The position numbers were made by a program, and so were the translations under genes. A DNA stretch of 64,000 nucleotides. Source: Camelus dromedarius. Lineage: Eukaryota. Location of the stretch: NCBI RefSeq assembly GCF_036321535.1, contig NC_087438.1:9364001-9428000 (forward strand), in the 5' to 3' direction. The notes beneath the pieces were generated by a model. It saw nothing but the letters and a program-made list of their open reading frames with translations, did no database searches and was not told the origin of the DNA. Below are positions 1 to 11,533 of this stretch, piece after piece. Position 1 is the stretch's first letter. Every line of letters starts with the position of its first letter.

Positions 1-1287
1 TTGACAGACCATTCTCTTAGACTAATGTCCACTACACTGGAAAAAAACCAAGTATATTGTTTCTTTAAGTTTTTTTTTTAAATTTGTTCAGAAAAAAAGA
101 AACTTACAGAAATTCTTCTAGATGTGCTTGTGTCTCAATTCAAGAAATAAATTACTTTCTGTTTTGATTTTGGGTTTTTTTGGAATTGTTCATCAGCATG
201 AACAAGACTGATCCAGTCATCTCCTTAATGGCTCCATTCCCACCGAGTTTCTGCCCTTCCTATGTATAAGCAATGACCTTACTGGAAGTGTTTATCATTA
301 TAAACAAAAGTGATGTTATTGGTGACATCATTGCTCACTTCAGTGAATATCATCCTATTGTCTCTGAAGCTTCATCTTAACATCCTGTCACTTAGAATCC
401 GAAGTTAGTTAGTGGTCTATGTCTCACTTTTTTTTATGTAGAGACAAATGATGCATAAACTGTTGATGATAGAAGTAGAATAAGAGCTTCCATTTCAACA
501 TGGGAAAATTCTCAGCTTGTTCATCTTGTCTGACAGATTTCCAACAATATTTCCTTGACAATTATCATTATTCATGGACTTTATTTGCACAGAGACTTCA
601 AATAACTTCCTGCCATTTTAATTAGTGGTTTCTGTTCACACTATAAAAATTCAGAATGCAGGTGTTGGATTCATGCAGTTAATTAATAATAACCATGATT
701 TGGATAAAGCAAAATATTTTGAAACACAAACCTAGAAGATAAATATGTACTGGTACACAGTGTAAATAACATGGATGGCACTGCTGTGTAGCTGCCGTAA
801 AGCAGTAAATTCCCATGGAGATCATTTCAATCTAAGTTTCAGAATCCTAGAGACTCTTACTACATTACCTGAACACTTAGAATAAAGCCTTGCCACATAA
901 TTCCTAAATCTTTAAGTATTACCAATGCATCTGTCGTTTGATTTTTTTAATTTATTTATCAATAATGCCACATGAAGAAAAGGAAATGTCATCTTAACCA
1001 TTTTGCACATTTTTTTCCCTCCACACACATGAACCTGAATTTGATTCCATTTTCCATAGATTATTGAATTATTCTCTGATTGATAAAAATAATTTCTCAG
1101 GATATATTACTTTTCAGATATAATAAAAATATCCAGATACTATAATTACAACCTAAAAAATATATAAACATATATTATGCTAATATATTAATATATTAGA
1201 TATAATGATTATGATTATTATCAATTGAATAACATTTTTTTAACATTATATGTGTTTAAGTTAGTGAAATTCCTCAATTTTTCAAAG

Positions 1288-1311
1288 GAAATTTTTATGA
1301 ATATTGGCTCT
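1288..1311 (+). CDS. Candidate internal coding exon (24 nt, phase 1-1) of an unidentified gene; an alternative donor at 1354 would give a 66-nt exon in the same frame
   Basis: Acceptor tcctcaatttttcaaag|, donor CT|gtaaga. Reads xNFYEYWL and joins in frame to the exon at 1415. Confidence 0.3.
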
Positions 1312-1414
1312 GTAAGACGAAATGTCAGATCCGAACTGAAATTTGTCAGTTAGGTATAATTCTGTAATATACATTGCTTGATTTGCTTATGTATAAAACA
1401 TTATCATAATTTAG

Positions 1415-1454
1415 TTGAGATACAGCATAAAATATCTAATATTCTAACCACCAG
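1415..1454 (+). CDS. Candidate penultimate coding exon (40 nt, phase 1-2)
   Basis: Acceptor cataatttag|, donor CAG|gtaaag. Reads xEIQHKISNILTT(S) and is phase-compatible with both neighbouring candidate exons. Confidence 0.35.
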
Positions 1455-1567
1455 GTAAAGGAAACCGTATGATGTTTCTTTGCAAATCTTAGTGGAAAAG
1501 GCTCTTCCAAGAAACTATCCATTGGCTCTAAGTTTCTTCTCAGAATACTGTCTTCTATTTATTGCAG

Positions 1568-1703
1568 TTTAGATTTCTACATCCAAGCAAGAAGTAAGCA
1601 AGCCGTAATGGGATTTCCTAACAAACTTGAAAAAGAAATTCTTGCAGACATACACAAAGAAAGAAAATTGGAAGATACAAAATGTTGCAAGAGCGAATTT
1701 TGA
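1568..1703 (+). CDS. Candidate terminal coding exon ...LDFYIQARSKQAVMGFPNKLEKEILADIHKERKLEDTKCCKSEF*
   Basis: Acceptor tcttctatttattgcag| and 44 open codons to TGA at 1701-1703; the other two frames stop early. AATAAA follows at 1787. Protein not recognised. Confidence 0.45.
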
Positions 1704-1786
1704 GATGGATTTGAAGCATCATTTGGTAAAGAGCTGTCTTCACTCAAGATGACTAAGCAAAAAGATGTAAAATTATTTAGGCTATT

Positions 1787-1792
1787 AATAAA
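1787..1792 (+). terminator. Candidate polyadenylation signal AATAAA
   Basis: Canonical hexamer about 85 nt after the candidate stop codon, followed by a T-rich tract. Confidence 0.35.
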
Positions 1793-2052
1793 CATATCTT
1801 TCTTTTTTAATTTGCTATGGGAAAAAATATTGGTTTTGGAAATAATTGATTTTGTTGACTATCATTACTAATACATTTATTGAATGACAATTGTCATCAT
1901 AGAATGTCAACTTTTATTTGCCTTTCAGTTAAAAAAAAAATCCCAAGAATTTATATTTAGAAGGTCAGTTCACTTAAATGACAGTTTAACTATGCTATCA
2001 AAGAAATGTTATATTCATTTAAAAGTCTCAGCATAGCAACAGTACAGACAAG

Positions 2053-2236
2053 AGCTGTGTTCTCAAACTTTAAAGTATATGGGGATAACCTGGCATGTTT
2101 CTTAAGGCCCAGACTGCTGGGGCCACCACCAGAGGTCCCAAATCAGTAGGTCTGGGGGAGCCTGAGAATGTGCTTCTACCAAATTGTAGGTGATGCTCAG
2201 GTCGCTGATCCAGGCTTCAGACTTTAAGATAACTGG
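2053..2236. mobile_element. MER5A-like hAT-Charlie non-autonomous DNA transposon
   Basis: gttctcaaacttt...cagactgctgggg...caccaccagag...tcagtaggtctgg...gcctgagaat...ggtgatgct... resembles the MER5A consensus; length about 185 bp. Confidence 0.85.
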
Positions 2237-2715
2237 ACTAGTATAATTAAAAGTTTGTCTTCACACCTTATTTAAAGCAAATCTCTTTAGACCAGGTCAT
2301 TTTTTAAATTAAAAATTAATCTAGAATTATAGTATCAGTTTCTGAAATCTCTATACCAGATGAAATGTTCAGCAGGGAATCCTGACTAGTTTGGGATTTG
2401 AGAACTTTGTAGTAATTTAGTTTTCGCTTAAATCACCAAAGAGTTTTCTTTCATGAGATAAATGGATTGAATGTTAGGACATGGGATTCTTCAATATGTA
2501 TGAGGAATAACAGATCTATGAAAACTCAGATCATCCAAACCATTGGTTTTAAACCTGATGATCTTCCAAAATACTCAAAATTAAGATCTTTTTAAATCAC
2601 AAGTAAAATCTTTAGTATTGTGTGACCACACTGTCTCATTTGCTTCATCTTTAATTGGGAACTTGTTCTCATTGAGAACTCTTAAGCACTTTCTAGGAAC
2701 AATCATCTGAAATGA

Positions 2716-2774
2716 AAGAAAGGAAGGAAGGACAGAAGGAAGGAAGGAGGGAATAAAGGAAGGAAGGAAGGGAG
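2716..2774 (+). repeat. (GGAA)n purine-rich simple repeat
   Basis: Imperfect aagg/ggaa array seen directly. Confidence 0.9.
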
Positions 2775-2890
2775 GTTGCTTTTATAAAACACAGAATATG
2801 TAGAAAATACAGTGTCAATTAAACCTCACACCTGGAAATCAAACATCCTCCAAGCGTCTTTCCTATTTTGACTTCCATCCCGGTGACACA

Positions 2891-3050
2891 CAGGCTGGCT
2901 TCATGGGCACGTGACCTATGCAGTAACACAGGGTCTCATGCTTTGAAGGCCCCTGTGGTTGGTTGAATACTCTGCTGTCATTGCCTTGGATTTCTTCATA
3001 ATTTTTAAAGGGGTCTTTATATTTATGTTTTGTACTGTAACCTGTCCTGT
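2891..3050. mobile_element. MER91A-like hAT-Tip100 DNA transposon
   Basis: caggctggcttcatgggcacgtgacctatgcagtaacacaggg...gaaggcccc...ctctgctgtc...ttcttcataattttt resembles MER91A. Confidence 0.75.
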
Positions 3051-3666
3051 ACTCAGGTAATAAGATCAATTCAAATACTGTGTTTTTTTCCTCTGCCAAC
3101 GTAAATGTATGCTTGTTAAGTATATGTCTCAAAATTTTAAAAATAAATCTTGATATAATTCAAAGCCACAAGTACTTCTAAGCACATCTACACACAGGAA
3201 ATGTGTTAAATACGACAAAATAACTGCATAGAAGAGAACTAAACTTGGAAAAGAAAAAAAAGAAAGAAAATGAGCATATGCTTGGTGGGAACAGATTTAT
3301 AATGAAATTAATCAAATAAGAGGAAGAAAGAATTTGAGCCTAAGGACTCAGTAGAAGCATTCTCATGTCCACTCGGGGAAGGAAATCAGATTCCTGCATA
3401 TGAGAGGAACATACTGTTGAGCAAACTAGATTATCATTTAATCTACGGTGAAATACACACAGGCAGATCTAGCACTTTATGTACTGTGTGTGGAGAGGTT
3501 TCTGGTCTACATGAGCACAGATAAAAATTGTCCAATAGCAAGACAAATCTACTTAGTACATGTGGGCATATCTTCTATTAGGAGGTTCTTATTAATTATT
3601 AAATCAATGCATATTTTTATTACTCACAAAAACAAAGTTGTTATTTTTATCAGATTGCACAAATAA

Positions 3667-3736
3667 CCGAGGAGAGGATATAGCTCATGCACAAGGTCCT
3701 GGGTTCAACCCTAGTACCTCCATTAAAACAAATAAA
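3667..3736 (+). mobile_element. Vic-1-type tRNA-derived camelid SINE, internally deleted
   Basis: ggagaggatatagctca^tgcacaaggtcctgggttcaaccctagtacctccatt with an A-rich tail; perfect 16-bp TSD cagattgcacaaataa at 3651-3666 and 3737-3752. Confidence 0.85.
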
Positions 3737-4299
3737 CAGATTGCACAAATAATCAACACTGAGGGACAATGTAAAGAATATTGTGCTACTTTCAAAAGAT
3801 CACTTTAAGAGCATGTCTACATGTGAGGGTAGGGAGGTAGAGTGGACAGGAGTTAAATACACATTTTATTTCCATTATAATGAACTCCCAAGTTTCAGGC
3901 AAACAAGAGTCTAACACTTCCAGTAACTGATCCTTTGAAATAGCAGCAGTGTAAAAACGAATTAACCAAGGAAAGAAAACATTCTGAAATAGAATATTGT
4001 GTAACCTGTCCAGGAAGGATTTATTTTCATTAAAAATATGTAAATAGTGGATACTGAATTAAAATTACTCTAGAATTTGAATAGCAAACCCATAATCAAT
4101 GAGCTGCATAAAGAAAAAGGTTATTCTATAGCCCATCTTACTTTTTAATGCACATAAAATTTTACAAATAAGATTCTGAAACTTCTAATTCTTAGGCAAT
4201 AGTCTTGCAAAAATAATCATTCTAATTCATCTATATTATTATTTCCTTGAATTATGAGACTGAAGAGCAGAGTATACATTTTTTATTAAATCACTGCAA

Positions 4300-4530
4300 A
4301 GTGTACTTTGGAGAAGAATACTTGAGAATCACTCTGCTAAGTTTTAAACTTAACTCTGACTTTTAGTAGCTGTGTGAGTTTGGGAAAATTCTTAGATTCT
4401 GTGGGTCTCACATTTTCCATCTTTTGCAAATGATAATGATAGCAAAAATGTCATAAGGCTTGTCTGAGAATTAAATGAATTAGTAGATGTAAAGTGCTTA
4501 GAATGCTGTCTGGTATTTGGTAGAAAAAAT
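4300..4530 (+). mobile_element. MIR SINE
   Basis: tagctgtgtgagtttgggaaaattcttagattctgtgggtctca...ttgtctgagaattaaatga...atgtaaagtgcttagaat (MIR core and tail). Confidence 0.8.
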
Positions 4531-4889
4531 AGATATTATTATTGTTGTTTTTATTATTCTCATAATATAGCAGGGCCCTAGACTAACATAACAGTCACAA
4601 AGGCCATCCAGAGGAAGAGATTTGTGTAACTGAACTGAACTTCTCCAACACACATTATATGTACATGTACTATAACATATGTGCTTAAAGGGTCTCATGT
4701 ATCCGACTTGCAGAAAGCAATCTGTGTTTTACTCATCTTTGCATTATTTATGCAAACTTCCACCCTTAAAAATATTTGCTAAATTAAAATTCCCATATAA
4801 CTGCAACTGTCTACACACTTACTTCCAAATATTATAGAAAGGTTATCTTCCTTAAGAAAGAATAGAAGAACAAGAAGTCATTAAAATTT

Positions 4890-5070
4890 CAGATCTAGCC
4901 TGTAGGAGACCCTGGACATCAGGAAATCCAGGCTCCTCATTAGAGAGATGAGAAAACTGGACCAGAGAAATCAAATTGCGTGTTAGAATCCCTAGCTAGC
5001 AAATGCCTACACTGAACAATTGCACTGAGATTGTAACCCAAGTTCCCTAATTCCAGCATCAATGCAGCTC
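4890..5070 (-). mobile_element. MIR SINE fragment
   Basis: ctcattagagagatgagaaaactggaccagaga...gattgtaacccaagttccctaattccag (antisense MIR core). Confidence 0.6.
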
Positions 5071-5919
5071 ACACTAACACTGGAGTTCAGGAGAACTTTT
5101 AGTTTCTAATCCCCAAGTGTGCAAGGGTATTGCTTTATAGCATTTATAATAATAGCTTTCTCTCCACTGTTGAAAATGCCTAACAAGGGTCTAAATCTCC
5201 AACCAATCGCCTTGCTCTGCTGATAGAAAAACGATACCTTTACTCTCTCAGAAGTTGTATCTTTTTAGAAAGGAGAATCAATGTAAACCTTACTTGCAAA
5301 GAAAATGTCATCTTATTATAGTTCATCATTTTAAGTGCTATGGATATAGGAAACCAAGTAAAAACAATGAAAATTCTATTTTAAAAAAGGTTAACTCTAA
5401 GCATTATTATGTTACGAGTCAAGTGAATAGAAATGCAGTATTTTTTTCAGTAACAGCAATTGCATCTTGGCAAGGATCCAGTTAGGGTTGGCCATGATGA
5501 TAAATACGTCTGGCTTGAAATCTCACATCTTTCTGATGACTAAAGGATATTTTGTTTTAGAGTCAACATATATTTCTAGAATGATTCACTTCCATTTAAC
5601 TCAGGTTATCACATCTCGGGGAAAAAAGAAAAATCTCTCCTATGACTCATTTTTATATAAATAAGTGCCCTATTTACAAAACTTGGCAAAATAAATTCTT
5701 TAGTTTATAAAATAAATGTATGGTACAAGGCCAATCAAATCAGTGCACATCTGAGGGCTTTGAAGCATAGTCCACATACACGATGGCATTTCTATTCTGC
5801 TTGTATCCATTTTCTTAAAATAAAAACTACATACCATCCATCCAACTCTTAGCAGTCTCTACGGAGAGATCCATTTCTCTGGGGCTTCTATTAGACTATA
5901 TCACATTGACAGCCTCTAG

Positions 5920-6012
5920 TCCCTCGGTCTATGTTCAACCCTTAGAACAAAGCTGAAAAATTGTAAGCATTCATAAGCATTTAATAAATGAGTGAATAAA
6001 TGAATGAATGAA
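5920..6012 (+). mobile_element. L2 LINE 3' end
   Basis: cttagaaca...taagcatttaataaatgagtgaataaatgaatgaatg, the typical L2 terminal (TGAA)n. Confidence 0.6.
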
Positions 6013-6741
6013 CAATAAGGTCTATCGAGATTCTTTTGATGATGAATAATTTGCAAGCACTGTGCTTAAAACAAGGTTTTTAAATAAAACTCTAATCTCA
6101 ACTCAGCAGAAAACTCCCCACTTACTAATAGCTTCAAGATTTATTTGAAAGAAAAGAAAATCAAGATGAATAGTAATATGCAGAATATGCTACCATTGTA
6201 TTTAAAGAAAGAGGAAATGGAAGCAAATAGTTATGCTTGGTATTTATTCCAAAAAATCTAAAATTATTTCTAATATTTTTTACAAATTTTAAGTTAAAAA
6301 ACAATTGAAAATAATAGTTTTACAAATGGGAATAAATGTGTTACTTGCATGTGCTGAATGAGGGAGAGGAAGTATGTCTATAGAAATACATGGATGGCAG
6401 GGAAGGATTATCCTATATAGCATTTAAGTTATTCAATTTTGAACTTGGTGAAAGAAATGCCTATTCAAATAAATTTTACATATGAACTCTCCAATTAGGA
6501 TATACTGAGTTTGGTTAAATTGGGGTATGTTTCTAAGAGGAACGCTTTTATTTAAGCTACCCTCTATTTTATGATGACTCTCATGTGCTATGATAACCCC
6601 CAAGACTCTCCCCCACCATTCCCATACAACATTCGTCAATAGATTTTTGTTGTTGTTCTGATAAAAATAGTTTCCCTCTGCTAAATTTTACCTAATTGCT
6701 CTCTTGTGGATATCTACCAAAAGTAGCCAGCAGTCATCATA

Positions 6742-7104
6742 TCTTTTTTTTTCAGTTCTTTTTTTTTTAATTATTGAAGTACAATCAGTTACAATGTGTC
6801 AATTTCCAGCATACACCAGAATGCCCCAGTCATGCATATACATACATGTATTCGTTTTCATATTCTTTTTCATTAAAGGTTATTACAAGATATTGAATAC
6901 AGTTCCCTGTGCTGTACAGAAGAAATTCGGTTATTTATCTCTTTTATATATAGTGGTTAACATTGGCAAATCTCAAACTTCCAAATGTATCCCTTCCCAC
7001 CCCTTCCCCTCAGTAATTATAAGACTGTTTACTATGTCTGCGAGTCTGTTTCTGTTTTGTAGATGAGTTCATAGTGTCCTTTTCTTTTCTTTTTTTTTTT
7101 TTTT
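6742..7104 (-). mobile_element. L1 3' UTR fragment (camelid lineage)
   Basis: Poly-T followed by aattattgaagtacaatcagttacaatgtgtcaatttc...gttccctgtgctgtacag...; homologous to 15344-15737 and to the 3' end of the long L1 at 22335. Confidence 0.85.
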
Positions 7105-7604
7105 CTGATAGCTACAGACACATCCTAAGAATACACTGATTTTTCTTGTCACACTGGAACCCTGAAATTTGGGTAGAAGAGTTTTGCATTCCAGACCACG
7201 AAGTGGCTCAGAAAATCATCTAGGAACACCTAGAGGTTTTATATTTCATGTAACAGAATTAACATTTTTTAACAAACTTCACTGAAGTGCTGTTTGGTAA
7301 ATTGCTCCTCTCTAAGCAGTACTTTTAACTGAGAAAAAAATTGCTTAACTTGATTTACCGTAATTTCAGAAGACGGCACAAGTTCATGCAGTTTCAATTC
7401 CATCAGCTCTTACAGGATCTTACTGGTGCAACTTCACTGACGCGGAGCACTTAGCAACCCTGGGGCCTGGAGAGAAAGACACTTGGAAATATACTCGTAC
7501 ATGGACCATGATTTCTTTTTTCCATTTTAAACAAATATTATAAGGGAGAATAAAATGTATTGCTTACAGTTTAATGCTTTTTGAAGCAAATAAATGTACT
7601 TTAT

Positions 7605-7743
7605 TTATTGTTTTGTTGTAGGGGGAGGAAATTAGGTTTATTTATTTATTTTTACTTTTTTTAGGGGAGGGACTGGGAATTGAACCCAGGACCTCATGCA
7701 TGCTAAGTATGTACTCTACCACTGAGCTATACCCCCCCCCCCT
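7605..7743 (-). mobile_element. Vic-1-type tRNA-derived camelid SINE
   Basis: Antisense of GGGGTATAGCTCAGTGGTAGAG...GGTCCTGGGTTCAATTCCCAG (pol III A and B boxes); imperfect TSD taaatgtactttat (7591-7604) / taaattcactttat (7744-7757). Confidence 0.9.
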
Positions 7744-7944
7744 TAAATTCACTTTATATCAATTTCAAAGAGAAATTTATTTATTTTTTCTTCTCTGGTA
7801 CCCCACTACCCCCCTAAAAAGGGAATCACATTTAAATAGATGTTTGAGAAAACAAAACTTTTATACATGCTTTCATAAAACATTAAATTTAAAAGAATCT
7901 AACAATATAGGAATGCTACTTATCTGCCTAGATCATCTGATCTA

Positions 7945-9215
7945 AAACATATTTTTTGGTCTAGGGAATATTATATAATAAAACAAATTGAGACTGCAAA
8001 TATAAAAGGGTTTTTGTTTATGTAAGTTATATATGCTATTATCTACCATATTAGAAACTAAAATGAAGACATTTAAAAACTTTATTAATTTATTATAAAT
8101 AACAGCAAAATACATTTTATGTTAATATAAATAATGTATCTGTATTAAAATTACTGTATATTACTGTACTCTTCTCAAAATAAAAAAAGAAAAGGGGAAT
8201 CATTTTATTATTTTGCACATTTCCTTAACGTCTGGTTTAACAGGCAGAACAGGGGTATCAGACCTGCTTGTACATTCCATCTGTCACCTCCCACATATAT
8301 GTAGCTAGAAAAACAGGAATATTTTGAACAAAATTTTAGACAAATACGGGTATTCTTTTTTGCTTTTACAACAAAGTTTAACAGGTTGTGGTTTCTTAAA
8401 GTTTAACGGCAATGTAGAATCTGAATCTGATCAATGTACTTTTTATACCCTGTTACATTAAAATTCATTTTCTTGAACTCTGAATGGATCAATCACCCAT
8501 CTATGATTTGGAGGGTTTTTTTTTAATCTTTTTGAGAAAATTTTTGGTAGGAGGAGGTATTTAAGTATTTATTTATTTATCTATAATGGAGGTACTGGGG
8601 ATTGAACCCAGGACCTTATGCACGCTAAGCATGCACTCTACCGCTGAGCTGTACTCTACTCTCACCCATGTATGATTTTGTAATGTCATTTATTGGTCAT
8701 TTGAAATATGTTGGCACACTGAATTATGCAAATAATCAACATGTTGACACATTTTATTATTTAGTATCAAGACCACATTTTTTAATATCACAAATGATCC
8801 AGTCAGAAAAAGTATCTGAGAATCAAGAATCTCTCAAGTTCAGGAGGATGGATACAAGTTTTCAAAAATTCTAATTTTCACTTGAAATGTCCAATGTCAT
8901 CACTGTCCATGAAGTGGCAATCACACTTCACTGATAATTTCAAGAAAATTCCTTTCAAATAACCTAAGTTTGAATAACTGCTGTGAATGTCAGTCCTTCT
9001 TTAAAACAAAAATTGCATTTCATGTCAATCATTGCTTAAAATTTAAAAGTATTTTTTCATGACAAAAGCAGCTAGTGTAGCTCACCTCTCGAAGAGTTGC
9101 GTAAGTGCTTCTACTCAGGCAAGACAAGGACCATATTTCATTTTGTAGCAAATTTGCTTAGTTTGTATTTCCCATTTGGCACATAGAATTTTGAAAAGAC
9201 ATGTACCCAAGGGTC
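7945..9215. mobile_element. Charlie1/Charlie1a-like hAT DNA transposon remnant, interrupted by a SINE
   Basis: ttttgtttatgtaagttatatat...tattagaaactaaaatgaaga...cttaacgtctggtttaa...ggcaatgtagaatctgaa...; colinear with the second copy at 28930-29970. Confidence 0.75.
8510..8661 (-). mobile_element. Vic-1-type camelid SINE nested in the Charlie1-like element
   Basis: ggaggtactggggattgaacccaggacc...ctctaccgctgagctgtac; 17-bp TSD tcacccat(c/g)tatgattt at 8493-8509 and 8662-8678. Confidence 0.9.
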
Positions 9216-11468
9216 ACTCGAGTGTTACTCTCCAGAATAGTAGAGAGAGTAAAGGGAAGCTTCTAAATTAAAAGAGTTAGAAAATGGTAAAATATTAATT
9301 CATAAAGTGAAGTTTCCTGTACATCTCACTTCATCATGTTGAATGATATTTTTACCTCCTATTTTGTCAAAATAGCTTTCAAAAAAACTAGTTCTATACG
9401 GGAAAATTTAAATTTTCAATTTTTATCAGAATTGCTCAATCTTCTATCATGTTGTTGGAATAAGTACTCCATCTCTTAAGGTGATTTGATTCTTTTGTAC
9501 TTGGGCTTATAGAATGCAAATCTGATTTTGATATTAGCAATTTATCACAAACATTATCATTAAGTTCCCTGGGTCATATTATCCACACAGTTTGCATTGT
9601 CTCTACACATTTTTAAGATGTGCATGGATGAGAATAAATGTTGAGAATGAGAAAAAGTTTCTAATTAGCCTTAATTTTCTAACTACCTTTGATTACAGCT
9701 AAAATTCACTAAAGAATTTCATCAGTATTCAAAAAACTATTCTGTGGATATCTTCTCAGTTCTTTCATAATATATTTGATTTGTTGCTTAATTTGAACTC
9801 TTTTTAGTAAAATGTATAGACGTGCTCAGATTTATGCTGATAAAGCTGAATAAAATAAATGAACACAAATAAAGATAAGATCATAGTCCCTCAGGTTATT
9901 TGTGTTGAATACAAGGCAATAGAGGTATTTATTATAACTTTGTTAATTAGTTCAAGTATCCATTTATTTCCTACAAAGGTCAATGTTTAAATTCAGAAAG
10001 AATTTGTGAGAAAATTGCTAAACTATGTTCTTGAGAAAATGCAAAGAGTTGAGGTCAGATGATGAGTAAGAGAAAAGTTTACAGGTAAGTTTTCCCAGTT
10101 AAGAAGTGTAGGTGGAAGGAAGCTAAGATATGTACAATTATGACTGTGGATTGAAAGAAAAACAGAAAAAAATTTCTACCACCATATTAGTATAAATAGC
10201 AACAAACAAGTAGAAAATAAAAAAATTAGAATCAAAAAACAATTTGCTATTTTTCCCTAAATGACTTAAATCCCATCAACGTTAAATACAGAATAGATTT
10301 CTTTGAAGGCATAGCAGCAAGGGCAAACAGCTGCAGAGTTGATTTTAAGCTAATAGTTTTAAATCATTTATTATTTTACTGAATAGTTGGCTGGGGAGTT
10401 AATTTAGAGCAGTATTTGTCTGGATGCGCAGTGTTGGCGAGAACCACCGTGGATGAATTTAATAGAAGAGGGTCTCACTGGGAGGCAAATGGCTTTATTC
10501 ACTCTACAACCAATCAGAGCACTTCTAACAGCCTAAGCGTGGCACGGGGCTTACCAGGAAGCAAAATAACAGTGGTACAGGGTGCTGAGCCTCCCTTCTG
10601 AGGCAATAATTAGTCATAAAATTCACACTGGAGGAAAAGTAATTAATGACCAGGAATTGGTGCTTATAGGCTGCTTCATCTGCAAAGGGGCCACTAGACC
10701 AAGATTCTGGATTTAAGATTTGCTTGCCAGTTGGTAGTCAGCCAATATCTAGCCCACATTTGCCTTGGAAAACTTCCAATCATCTTCACCTTTAGCATTC
10801 TCTAGTCCTCAGGAGTCCCCCTATGTCATGGTAACTGCATTTCTTCCCCTGCTGTCTCCCAGGCGGGCTCATGAGAACCGAGAACTCCAGAAAGTTACCT
10901 AAAAGGTAATCCTCTCACAAAAGCGATCTAATAAAAACAAACAGAAAGGACCAGGGAAAAAAAATGTAATTCTTATGAAGAAAACATAATTAAATTTAGC
11001 ATTGCACTAGCTTTATTAAGTTGAAAGAATACTAACTCAAATTCTAAAAAATACAAATAACAATAATAATATGTTGTATTACATCTATATAATTATATAG
11101 ATATAATGTCCCTTCATTGTTAAGGAAAAATGCACATCTGAGGGTCTGAAGAATTTTGGTACATAGATTGTTTTGTTTTATTACACACTTCTGCTCTGCA
11201 ATATCTAATTTTGCACTTCTTAGATAAGTGACCAGTAAAAAACATCAAGAAACATCAGAACCATGGGGTCCTTTAGGTGTATGCAATAGTTACAATTATA
11301 TACGTGTGTGTAAAACATATTATTGAAAAATTTTTAAACTTCACAATGTATATTCCTTTACAAGTAAGCTGTCTTTGACACCAGGCCTGTTTTTTGTCAA
11401 TGGCAAACTTCACCTATTGTTGAAAATATCATAATTTCCTTCATTTTTGTGGCTAAGTGGTATTCCTC

Positions 11469-11493
11469 TGTGTGAGTGTGTGTGTGAGTGTGT

Positions 11494-11532
<39 letters not shown>
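11469..11532 (+). repeat. (TG)n microsatellite with periodic AG interruptions
   Basis: Seen directly; it abuts a short antisense L1-like fragment (ttccttcatttttgtggctaagtggtattcc). Confidence 0.95.

Positions 11533-11533
<1 letters not shown>

Noticed and set aside
1577..1795. 72-aa minus-strand ORF from the track
   Set aside because: No recognisable product; best explained as the antisense shadow of the + strand candidate terminal exon.
6704..7066. 120-aa hydrophobic ORF (also 15338-15660, 22357-22575, 34985-35188)
   Set aside because: Antisense reading of T-rich L1 3' UTR fragments; their mutual similarity reflects the shared repeat, not a gene family.
7660..7742. tRNA gene (A and B boxes present; likewise at 8585-8660 and 3670-3725)
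   Set aside because: A-rich tails and TSDs show these are tRNA-derived SINEs; no complete cloverleaf is evident.
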